DNA from: Fibrobacteria bacterium
Lineage (GTDB): Bacteria > Fibrobacterota > Fibrobacteria > UBA11236
NCBI GenBank assembly: GCA_041746255.1
Contig: JBGTHM010000080.1
Coordinates: 1 to 26,996 of the forward strand
Direction of reading: 5' to 3'
DNA length: 26,996 nucleotides
Part shown: piece by piece, positions 1-7,859 of the stretch
How the letters are laid out: each line of letters begins with the position of its first letter
Position numbering within the stretch: position 1 is the stretch's first letter
The notes under the pieces: model-generated
Databases searched by the model: none
The model's input: only the letters and a program-made list of their open reading frames with translations
What the model was told of the DNA's origin: nothing
Position numbers and translations under genes: made by a program

Positions 1-137
1 CAAAATCCGTACCCAAAGTGACCGGCAATGAGTAACTTCTAATCGGTTGAAATCCGGTCCATGGTGACCGGCTATGACAAGGGTGGCTGTCGGTCACTTT
101 GAACCGGATCGCCCGGTCACTTTCACCGGATTCTGCA
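1..137. mobile_element. IS21-family-type terminal repeat cluster (IS end, or a short MITE-like derivative)
   Basis: Read inward from 137 on the minus strand: TGCAGAATCCGGTGAAAGTGACCGGGCGATCCGGTTCAAAGTGACCG. This is a TG...CA terminus with tandem subterminal repeats (91-108, 113-130), typical of IS21 ends. Oppositely oriented copies lie at 4-25 and 51-71. No transposase is visible in the window. Confidence 0.7.
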
Positions 138-171
138 CTAGATGGGAATTATATCCTAAACAACAATGAGA

Positions 172-495
172 TCAACTTCCCCATCCGCAGACAGGCTGAA
201 CTTCCCCCCGCTCCGTTTTCGAAATAGTGATCGGGATGTTTTGCTTTTCCAATTTTTCAATTAATCGATAAAATCGAATTTCGAAATTGGAATTTTTTTG
301 GCCAAGGGATATGTCGAAAAGTCTTTTTAAATCCCGGTCTTCGAAATCACCACGGCCTTCATTCAGATCCATCTAAAGCAAATATTTCAATATTTATTCT
401 GGAATACTTTTGGTGCTTATCTTGTCGTAATCGAATTCCGGGTTTAGATAGGGTTCAGTACCCATGGCAAATTCAAATATTTGGCCATGTCTAGC
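172..495 (-). pseudogene. Possible decayed gene remnant; the 66-aa ORF 172-372 is its 3' part
   Basis: The frame of ORF 172-372 continues upstream with protein-like sequence (ARHGQIFEFAMGTEPYLNPEFDYDKISTKSIPE*ILKYLL*MDLNEG...), interrupted by stops at 394-396 and 373-375. It is AT-rich and abuts the IS end. No family recognised. Confidence 0.25.
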
Positions 496-657
496 CTATA
501 TAGGCTCGGAAGGGTGTCGACTTCGATTGGGTTTATTGGGTTCAATTTTACCAAAGCAGGTAAAATTTAATACTTTGGGCGGAATTTAGGGTCTAAATAG
601 GATGAATTGAGCGATTTTTCCACCTGAACTGAGCGCAAATGTCAAGTTTTCAGCCGT

Positions 658-1518
658 TCAGAATTCCTTATCGGATTGAATGATTTTCGGGATTCCACCA
701 GGATACGGTATTTCCGAAGGGACTTTTTCCGGTTTGGGATCTACGGTTGCTTTCAGACCTTCGGCAATCCGGTATAAACGTTCCTGCCACACGAAGAGGT
801 CGAATTCGGCTATAACCAGGCTGGGCTGGAAACCGATTTTGCCTAGTTCGTTTTCGGCTTTGCCGATTCCGTATCCCATTCGCATCATCACATCGACGCG
901 TAGTAATTGGAAGGCAGGATCCATTTCGGACCGGATATTTTGCATGATACGTACGTAATAATCCGGATCGCGGGCCAACGCGTAGAGAACACGTGAGTCA
1001 TGGTAGAGCCGCCTGAGAGACAAAATCTCCGGTTTTGATGGCGCTTGGGAAGTAACGGGAGGCAGCCATTGGTCGCGCCATATTTGATCGGCTGTGCGCT
1101 GGGGACCAAAATTGGCGCGGGCGGTATCCCATGCCGTTTGGACTTCCATCGGAAGGGAATACTCCCACATTTCTACGAAGGGGGCGTAGCGGGCGACCAT
1201 GTAAAAATGATTTTTAGCTTCCGCCGAGTCGCCTCGAAGCACCAGGCTGAGTATACCGAGCATTTTACTGGCCTGAATTTGGCAGGGCATGCTGATACTG
1301 GATTTTATTTCTCGCGCAATGAAGAGATAATTTTTCCAAGTATTATAGACTTCTTCAAGGTCGCCCTCAAGAAATTTATGCCGAAGGCCCACGGTATCCG
1401 GGCAGGGCATGGAATAATTTGCTCCATGTCTTTTTACCCCTGTATCCGCTGTTACGGAATGATCGGATATGATTACGAGGAATAGGAGGCACAATATCGG
1501 GAAAAGAACCCGCAGCAT
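658..1518 (-). CDS. Hypothetical exported, mainly alpha-helical protein
   Basis: ATG at 1518 opens a signal-peptide-like segment (MLRVLFPILCLLFLVIISDHSVTA) 5 nt after the upstream stop at 1524. The longer ORF-track start at 1662 overlaps the previous gene. Last gene of the three-gene operon. Confidence 0.7.
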   Translation of the reverse strand: MLRVLFPILCLLFLVIISDHSVTADTGVKRHGANYSMPCPDTVGLRHKFLEGDLEEVYNTWKNYLFIAREIKSSISMPCQIQASKMLGILSLVLRGDSAEAKNHFYMVARYAPFVEMWEYSLPMEVQTAWDTARANFGPQRTADQIWRDQWLPPVTSQAPSKPEILSLRRLYHDSRVLYALARDPDYYVRIMQNIRSEMDPAFQLLRVDVMMRMGYGIGKAENELGKIGFQPSLVIAEFDLFVWQERLYRIAEGLKATVDPKPEKVPSEIPYPGGIPKIIQSDKEF

Positions 1519-1523
1519 CACGA

Positions 1524-2318
1524 TTATCGGGGTGTGGGTTCGCTGGGCAGTAAGGGATCGGTTGGGTATAAATTCGGGGCAGAAGGTGATGGAGCATCGC
1601 TTTGAGACCATAACCATATGCCGGCTCCGGCAATTATGGTACCGGCTCCCAGGGTTCCCCAAAGCAGGGTTCTTCCCATTCTGGAATTCGCGGGTTTCAC
1701 ATCCGCTTTTTCCGGAAAATTTTGGGGTCTACCGCTGGTCTCGATTTTTTGCCTTTCGGAAAAATCGAGACTCTCAATGGTGGATCCCGCAAAATCCAAT
1801 CCAATCGGTTCCTTCCAAGGAGGTATCAAGTACAAACTGCCTTTGAAGTAAACCTGGGAAACGGTTACGTCGTAAGAATCGGAATAAACGGCTGTGTTGG
1901 CATTGAAAATCCGAGTATGACTCATCTTCAATTTTCCTGTGGGTCGAACCACTATGCCTCCCCATGCGGATGAACTGGGTCGAAACCCGAATGATCCCTC
2001 CTCAATGGATCCCGAAAAATAGACGGGTTCGTGTTCATTTCCCAGTGTAATTAACGTTCCTTCTACGATAATCACATTATTAGCGGTGGAATTGGGTCCG
2101 AAATGCAGCATAGTCCCGGAATGAAGGGTGGTCGTCGTGTTTTCGGCCACGACCATAGTGTCGCAGGGCGCATGGTAAGGCGTTTTGAGGTTGGAAAAGG
2201 GTTTGCCGAACATAGCAGGCAATTGCCTTAACGGTAGGCTATCACTCAGACAAGCTGCTCCGTAAGACAGGTTGGGCAGTGTTGAAAAGGCCAGGCAGCA
2301 GGCCAGGATGGTCCTCAT
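1524..2318 (-). CDS. Exported protein with a short beta-helix-like segment and C-terminal membrane anchor
   Basis: ATG at 2318 overlaps the upstream TGA (ATGA coupling). Signal peptide MRTILACCLAFSTLPNLSYGA. The motif IIVEGTLITLGNEHEPVYFSG...WGGIVV is typical of the start of parallel beta-helix domains. C-terminal TM (LLWGTLGAGTIIAGAGIWLW) followed by a Pro-rich tail. Confidence 0.75.
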   Translation of the reverse strand: MRTILACCLAFSTLPNLSYGAACLSDSLPLRQLPAMFGKPFSNLKTPYHAPCDTMVVAENTTTTLHSGTMLHFGPNSTANNVIIVEGTLITLGNEHEPVYFSGSIEEGSFGFRPSSSAWGGIVVRPTGKLKMSHTRIFNANTAVYSDSYDVTVSQVYFKGSLYLIPPWKEPIGLDFAGSTIESLDFSERQKIETSGRPQNFPEKADVKPANSRMGRTLLWGTLGAGTIIAGAGIWLWSQSDAPSPSAPNLYPTDPLLPSEPTPR

Positions 2319-5300
2319 GGCAATTCCTTCAGGTGCAGCATGGGTCTTTGCAGAACCTTGGTTCCGCTTGCGGTGCGGCCCGTCAGACGGGAAATATACC
2401 GCCCCGAAGTCCAATTCCCGGTTTCGAGCATGTGGGAATGCTTTCCGGGCCCCAGATTTTTCCACTGGTGTTGGTAAACGATTTTTCCGGTCATGTCGAG
2501 AATGTCCAGGGTAATCGCGTGATAGGGCCCCTCGGCATGGGGTATGGAAAAGGATATCCGGGTTTGGCGGGAGAATGGATTCGGGGCGTTGGGAGCCAGC
2601 ATGAAGGAGAATGCATGATCGGCCAACAAGGTTTTTTGCAATTGCTGAAAGGACCCGGAGGGCACGCTCAGGATGCGGAAGGTATGCGCCCCCTGGGCCA
2701 AGGGAATTAAGATTTCATTTTCGAGCGGTGTTAAGCTGGCTCCAGCCGGATCCCATAATGCGGCTGTGAGGCCTTTTTGCTTTCCGGATACGGGCTGGGC
2801 TTGAATTTTAACTTCGCCGGTGCGGGGCACATGCACAGTGAAAGAGTTGTCCAGCGAAGCTATGTCCTCTACGGATAACGTCGTTGCTGCCCGACCGGAG
2901 TTCCAGGCGGCGCGAAAGCCCTCGCGGAAAAAAGGGATGGCTGGTGAGGGTCTATGTGAGCGTCCTTCATGGATAGTAAGCTGGGAGCGTCCTCCGGTGG
3001 AAAAAGTAAGGCTCATGGTAAATCCGTTGAAACCGGCAGTTTGTTTCGGCGCGACCTTTTTTGCGAGTGCGGCGGCGATGGGGTTGAAAACCAATGAAGT
3101 TGGCGCTTCGGCATGCACGGCATACCCGGTAAACGGTTGCAAGGTATCGGCCTGCGACCATACGGGCTGAGCCGATGTTCCGGAACCCTCCCATATAAGG
3201 CCCTGGAAATAGGAAACCAGCGCGGGATCCAATTGGATATCGGCGTCGGAAAAGGGTATAGGGGTGGGATTGGAAATAATATTCCAGCCTTTTTCCAAAG
3301 CGAGAGTATCGGCGCCGACCATCCACTGATAGGTGGTTGCGAGACTTGCCTTCAGCTCGGCGGGGATGGCCAGTAAATAACCTTTTCCTTTGGTGAGATT
3401 GGCATTATTCGGTAGCGCCTTCCACTCACCCTGCCATTCCTTGGCGTTGGACTGGGCGGCTTGTTCCTTCGTGAGGGCGGCCAAAACCCCTCCGCCCAAT
3501 TCGACGGTATGTGGAAAGCCGACCAGGGATTTGACGCGCTCAGGATATTTCGGAGCAACGGCATTGACGGCGTCTCGAAACGCTCCGACGCTTACAGGTA
3601 CCGGAACTGCGGTCGTATCCCAGCTGATGACGTCGGAATAGGATTGGTAACCGAGGCGATACAGGACCAAGCCTTCGGGCAGATCAAGTGTATAAGCCGA
3701 GTCGCCGGGGATTCCGGATGGAGTTCGCACCTCCACTTGGCCGTTGGGAAGAATAACGGTGATTTCCGGAAAATAGGCCTTGAGTCGCGATTTCTCTTCC
3801 TGGGATAAGACCGGCGTCAAAGTCAGGCGGTTGTTTGCAACCTGGATCTCAGCCTGGGATTGGGGATAAACCGGAAGGGTATCGGTAGCCAACAAGGTTT
3901 CCACGGCCAAAACGGCTTGGTCTTGCGCCTGCATGTCGATACGATAGGTTTTACCGGCAAAGGTGAGGTTTTGCTTGACCCATGTTCCATTGCGTTGGAC
4001 ATAGGCTTTGACGAGTTCGGAGCGGTTGGGCGCCAAGCCGGATAGGACTAGAGTATACGGGTCTTGCAATTTCAAGTTATCCTGGCTGATATCCCTTTTG
4101 GCCAGTAACCTGAGGGTATCCGTTTTGAAGTCGACGGGAGTAAAGAGGGAATCGAGCAGCAAGTTCCCCGGCTGCGAAGAGAGAAGACCCAAGGCGGAAT
4201 CCGCTCCGATGGCGATATCGGTTTTTATGCCGGAAGGGACAAGGAATTTTCGCGCCAACGCCAACACTTTTCCGGAATCGGTGGGGGAGAGGGCTACGGT
4301 GACGGTGGATGAATCTTCATGGAGGGCTATTAGGGGTATGGCGGTTTTCGCGTCGATGAAAAAGGCTGCCTGGCGGGGGTGGGTTTTCTTAAGCCGAACC
4401 TGCAAGGAGTCCGCTTCAGCTCTTCCGGGCCAGCGCGAAGTAAATGGCTGTGAGAGCGCGCCCAAATGGGGGTGTTCCGCCAGGTCGATTTGTAGGGTGG
4501 AGTCGATTTGCAATTGGTGCCCAGCTACGCTTTTCGAAAGCACGGCGTGGCCTTGGGGTAGGTGAAGGGTATCGTATCCGCTACCTAAGGCCAGGCGTTC
4601 CATCAGCAAGGCTTGCAGGGTTTGGGCGAAGGGGAAGGTTCCCCACCATTGATCAACGGAGTCTTTGACCGCTAGGGTTGGGTTTTCTTCCAGCCGCCAA
4701 GCCAGGGAATCGGCAAGCCACGGTTGGGTCGCGTCACTTTGGGCCAAACCGATACGGATGGATTCGGAACCTTCGGCATTGGTGGTTAGCGCTACGCCCA
4801 AAGGGTTTTGGTTGCGACTTATCTGGCGAATGCGTTTCATGCCTTGCTCGGATTCGGGAGGCGAGAGGGTGGTTATACCTGCGCGCGTGATTTGGTCGAA
4901 TTGCACTGAGGTTTCTGAGGGAAGACCGGATGGCGTGATGTTGCTGCCCCTGGGGGTGTTCTGCCCCGCGAAGGCGGGAATAAAGATGCGAGCGGCGGCG
5001 GATGCATTGGTAAACACCAGGCTTCCAAGCGGACCGGGTGTTTGAGGGGTGAAGGTGTTTTCCGTTTGTGAGAACAGCAGGGGCGCGCCTTGCGGATCGG
5101 CTTCGGGGAAGGTGACGCTGTTGATGGCGACAGGGCCGCTGATTTGCAATGCGGTGTCTTGGAGCCAGAAGGTGCGCGTGGAATCGAGTGCGGAGGGATA
5201 GGCTCGAATTGCATACGTAGCTTGCAGGGAACGGGGGATAAGCGCGGAAGGGAAGCGAAGGACGAGGCTGTCTTTTGGCGCGAGGCGCTTGGCCAACAGG

Positions 5301-6352
5301 GTATCGCCGGGAAAGACATTGTAGGCGGGAAAAGCGCCGTCGGGGTTGGTGTAACCTCGAAGGTCGTCATCGGCGGGGCGGAAATCCCAGAGGGTTAGGG
5401 AGTCGCCGAAGGGGGCCATTTCTACATTTGAAGGATGCAGAAAAGACTCCGAAGCCGGATAATTATACCCGGCCCAGGTATTGAATCGGACATTTCCTAA
5501 TCGCGAACCCCCTCCGTCATAGTCGCTGAAAGTCATGGTAAATTTTTGAGCCCCCCCGGGTAGCCGATTATCAACGGGGGGATGGGCGAAAATATTATTG
5601 ACGAATATTCGAACTCCGGTAAAATTCCCATTCAACTGAAATTGCATTCGATTTACGGTGTTCTGATGCATCTCGATTTTTCCAGCGGTTTTACCGGCAA
5701 ACAAACCCGGGAAATTAAAATGGTTATTGACTAGAACGACGTCCTTAGCCGTGAAATCGATTTTAGCCGCAGCCCCACCTTGGTTGGCGACGATATAGCT
5801 CCGTCGAATTTCGATGCGGGAATCGGTATCGCCGCTATTCCAGGATAAAAACACGGAGTTGAATCGGTCCCCGAATATTTGGCAAGAGTCGATGAGGAGA
5901 TTGCGGTTGGGGCTGCCAGTAGCTGTTTCTATAAACTGGGCAGCTTCATTCACGGCCCGAAAGGCCAATCCCCGGAACACCACGGGGGCATTGATATTTT
6001 CCAGCTTGAATAATTTTCCGGTATATTCCACCACCTGTGCGTTCGGTTCAAATCTTTCGAAAATCAAACTATCGGCGTTGAGCCCGGCCAGATTGAAGGC
6101 GCCGACATCCGCATAGGTTTTGAAGCGCACCACATGGATGCCTCCGGGAGCGGCGCTGGCTATTTGGGTGGCGATTTGAGTAAGGCGGCCGGGCCCGTCA
6201 ACGAGATAAGTAGCAGCGAAGCCGGATCGAGGAAGGAATAGCGCAATTGTGAAAAAGAGGCCCAACAACCCTCGCCCGGCCTGGGAAAGGTTTGTTTTGG
6301 GTTTACTGCAAAATAGGCCAGCCACGTCCATGGGTCCAGGAAAATTAACCAA
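2315..6352 (-). CDS. Large secreted protein with T9SS/Por-type (FlgD-Ig-like) C-terminal sorting domain
   Basis: 1345-aa ORF with signal peptide (LLGLFFTIALFLPRSGFAA), N-terminal beta-helix-like repeats and an LEKGWNIISNP motif. The C-terminus FMLAPNAPNPFSRQTRISFSIP...LDILDMTGKIV...SGRYISRL matches the secretion-system CTD consensus. Start uncertain (TTG 6352 or ATG 6331). Confidence 0.85.
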   Translation of the reverse strand: MVNFPGPMDVAGLFCSKPKTNLSQAGRGLLGLFFTIALFLPRSGFAATYLVDGPGRLTQIATQIASAAPGGIHVVRFKTYADVGAFNLAGLNADSLIFERFEPNAQVVEYTGKLFKLENINAPVVFRGLAFRAVNEAAQFIETATGSPNRNLLIDSCQIFGDRFNSVFLSWNSGDTDSRIEIRRSYIVANQGGAAAKIDFTAKDVVLVNNHFNFPGLFAGKTAGKIEMHQNTVNRMQFQLNGNFTGVRIFVNNIFAHPPVDNRLPGGAQKFTMTFSDYDGGGSRLGNVRFNTWAGYNYPASESFLHPSNVEMAPFGDSLTLWDFRPADDDLRGYTNPDGAFPAYNVFPGDTLLAKRLAPKDSLVLRFPSALIPRSLQATYAIRAYPSALDSTRTFWLQDTALQISGPVAINSVTFPEADPQGAPLLFSQTENTFTPQTPGPLGSLVFTNASAAARIFIPAFAGQNTPRGSNITPSGLPSETSVQFDQITRAGITTLSPPESEQGMKRIRQISRNQNPLGVALTTNAEGSESIRIGLAQSDATQPWLADSLAWRLEENPTLAVKDSVDQWWGTFPFAQTLQALLMERLALGSGYDTLHLPQGHAVLSKSVAGHQLQIDSTLQIDLAEHPHLGALSQPFTSRWPGRAEADSLQVRLKKTHPRQAAFFIDAKTAIPLIALHEDSSTVTVALSPTDSGKVLALARKFLVPSGIKTDIAIGADSALGLLSSQPGNLLLDSLFTPVDFKTDTLRLLAKRDISQDNLKLQDPYTLVLSGLAPNRSELVKAYVQRNGTWVKQNLTFAGKTYRIDMQAQDQAVLAVETLLATDTLPVYPQSQAEIQVANNRLTLTPVLSQEEKSRLKAYFPEITVILPNGQVEVRTPSGIPGDSAYTLDLPEGLVLYRLGYQSYSDVISWDTTAVPVPVSVGAFRDAVNAVAPKYPERVKSLVGFPHTVELGGGVLAALTKEQAAQSNAKEWQGEWKALPNNANLTKGKGYLLAIPAELKASLATTYQWMVGADTLALEKGWNIISNPTPIPFSDADIQLDPALVSYFQGLIWEGSGTSAQPVWSQADTLQPFTGYAVHAEAPTSLVFNPIAAALAKKVAPKQTAGFNGFTMSLTFSTGGRSQLTIHEGRSHRPSPAIPFFREGFRAAWNSGRAATTLSVEDIASLDNSFTVHVPRTGEVKIQAQPVSGKQKGLTAALWDPAGASLTPLENEILIPLAQGAHTFRILSVPSGSFQQLQKTLLADHAFSFMLAPNAPNPFSRQTRISFSIPHAEGPYHAITLDILDMTGKIVYQHQWKNLGPGKHSHMLETGNWTSGRYISRLTGRTASGTKVLQRPMLHLKELP

Positions 6353-6486
6353 AATGGGTGTTTATGGCTCGATTATTAAGGGGGAAATGCCATTTTCTTG
6401 ACCCTACTCCTCAAAATGCCTGTGCCCGGGCTTGGGGTATCCAGGATGGGGTGAATGCGTTCACAAATCCTCGGAATTTTTCCCTG

Positions 6487-6512
6487 CGAACTTAGCATTA
6501 ATGATAAGTTCG
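6487..6512. repeat. 26-bp imperfect palindrome, copy 1 (CGAACTTAGCATTAATGATAAGTTCG)
   Basis: 12-bp arms with one mismatch around a central TA. 25/26 identical to the reverse complement of 9959-9984. Confidence 0.9.
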
Positions 6513-6744
6513 GTGATCGGAATTCCGGACTGAAATTGGGAACAAACCAGGATGGTCTCTGGACCCGACGCATACCTCCCGTTCGGATTTATTTTGAAAG
6601 GCTTTTACCCCCGCTACCCCGTATAACCTTTTATTTTACCCTTTTCTATAAATTTGTGTTACAAATAATTCGTCTCTGAATAAAAGCAGAAGCATACAAA
6701 AGTAAATCCGATATGCTATTTTTAAGCACACGGAAAATTTGAAG

Positions 6745-7191
6745 ATGTTTACTTTCGATAAACTTTGGGAAACGCACCCTGCCAGAAAAGGTGATATATA
6801 TCCTTGTTCTGAACCATCCGGTGATCCGCATTTTGCAAACCAATGTGCTATTCGGATGGCCGTTTGTCTTTCGGCATCTGGAGTGGATTTTACAAAAGAA
6901 AAATTAGCCCATTGCTGGCAACACGCAACGAAGGATGCCCATGTTTTACGCGCTCAAGAACTTGCGATTTGGATGGCAGCTACTCCGGCTATTTTCGGAA
7001 CAGTCGAAAAGAAAAAATCCGTGACTTCATCGGACTATAAGGACAGAAAAGGATTGGTTTTTTTCATGAATTTCTGGGGTCCGGGTAATCAGGGCGATCA
7101 CATTGATCTTTGGAATAATTCAGCAATGACACGAGGCGATCCCGAATATTTTTCACTCTCGTATGAGGTCTGGTTCTGGGATATTGTTTAA
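6745..7191 (+). CDS. tae4: Type VI secretion amidase effector, Tae4 family (NlpC/P60-like peptidoglycan amidase)
   Basis: Catalytic motifs NQCAIRM (Cys) and GDHIDLWN (His), C-terminal EVWFW and ~150-aa size all fit Tae4. No signal peptide. Alternative TTG start at 6739. Confidence 0.85.
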   Translation: MFTFDKLWETHPARKGDIYPCSEPSGDPHFANQCAIRMAVCLSASGVDFTKEKLAHCWQHATKDAHVLRAQELAIWMAATPAIFGTVEKKKSVTSSDYKDRKGLVFFMNFWGPGNQGDHIDLWNNSAMTRGDPEYFSLSYEVWFWDIV

Positions 7192-7812
7192 GCTATCGCT
7201 GGAATAAAAAATTCCATTCGGGCCAATTTTTCTCCAAATACCCTCAATTTTTATCTCTACCCACTTATCCCGGTTTGGCCTTATTTCATTGGCTAAATAC
7301 TCCGGGGAAACAACAACTTTTCCAGTTTGATTTATGAAACCCCAGTAGCCGCCATGGACTTCCATCGCAAATTTTTCTTCTACCATTTTGCAGCCCGTGC
7401 AAAAGGCGGCTAGTGGCGCGTAAAAGGGTAGTGTATAGTCGAATACGGGGTCGATAACCACAAGTCCCGTGCTATCATGAAACCCTACTTTTCCATTTCG
7501 GATAAATCGTGCCATCCCTCGATAATAATAGTCCGGGCCATTATCATATACAAGGGAATGAAATAACTTCCGTCCTTTTGAATCGATATAATACCATTGA
7601 TTCGAGGAGTCCAATACTGTGGCAATGCAGTGTTTTGTAAATGGGTTTGCGACCCAATATTGGGGTTCTATCGTAGGTTGGTTTTTGGTTTTATATCCCC
7701 ACATACCGTTTGAATCTTGGTAAGGATTCATCTCTGGACAAATTTTATGTGCGCATCCCCACAAAAAAGCGATTGAAAATAGAAATAGCAGGTAATTGAA
7801 GATTCTAATCAT
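7153..7812 (-). CDS. WG-repeat (KWG-type) lipoprotein, candidate immunity protein
   Basis: Lipobox FLWG-C after a hydrophobic stretch. Repeats NGMWGYK, WYYIDSKG, NGKVGFHDSTG, YWGFINQTG. Lies directly downstream of the Hcp fusion on the same strand. Confidence 0.85.
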   Translation of the reverse strand: MIRIFNYLLFLFSIAFLWGCAHKICPEMNPYQDSNGMWGYKTKNQPTIEPQYWVANPFTKHCIATVLDSSNQWYYIDSKGRKLFHSLVYDNGPDYYYRGMARFIRNGKVGFHDSTGLVVIDPVFDYTLPFYAPLAAFCTGCKMVEEKFAMEVHGGYWGFINQTGKVVVSPEYLANEIRPNRDKWVEIKIEGIWRKIGPNGIFYSSDSLNNIPEPDLIRE

Positions 7813-7859
7813 AGGGACATCATTTCGGTGCAATTCAAACAGTTGGTTTTTTAGAAAGA

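Noticed and set aside
1519..2465. Extended ORF-track starts at 1662 and 2465
   Set aside because: They overlap upstream genes by >130 nt. Internal ATGs at 1518 and 2318 give signal peptides and tight coupling.
6487..6512. Calling the palindrome a chromosomal dif site or a Fur box
   Set aside because: Only partial resemblance. It lacks the 11-6-11 dif layout and matches only the AATGATAA part of a Fur box. Left as an unassigned site.
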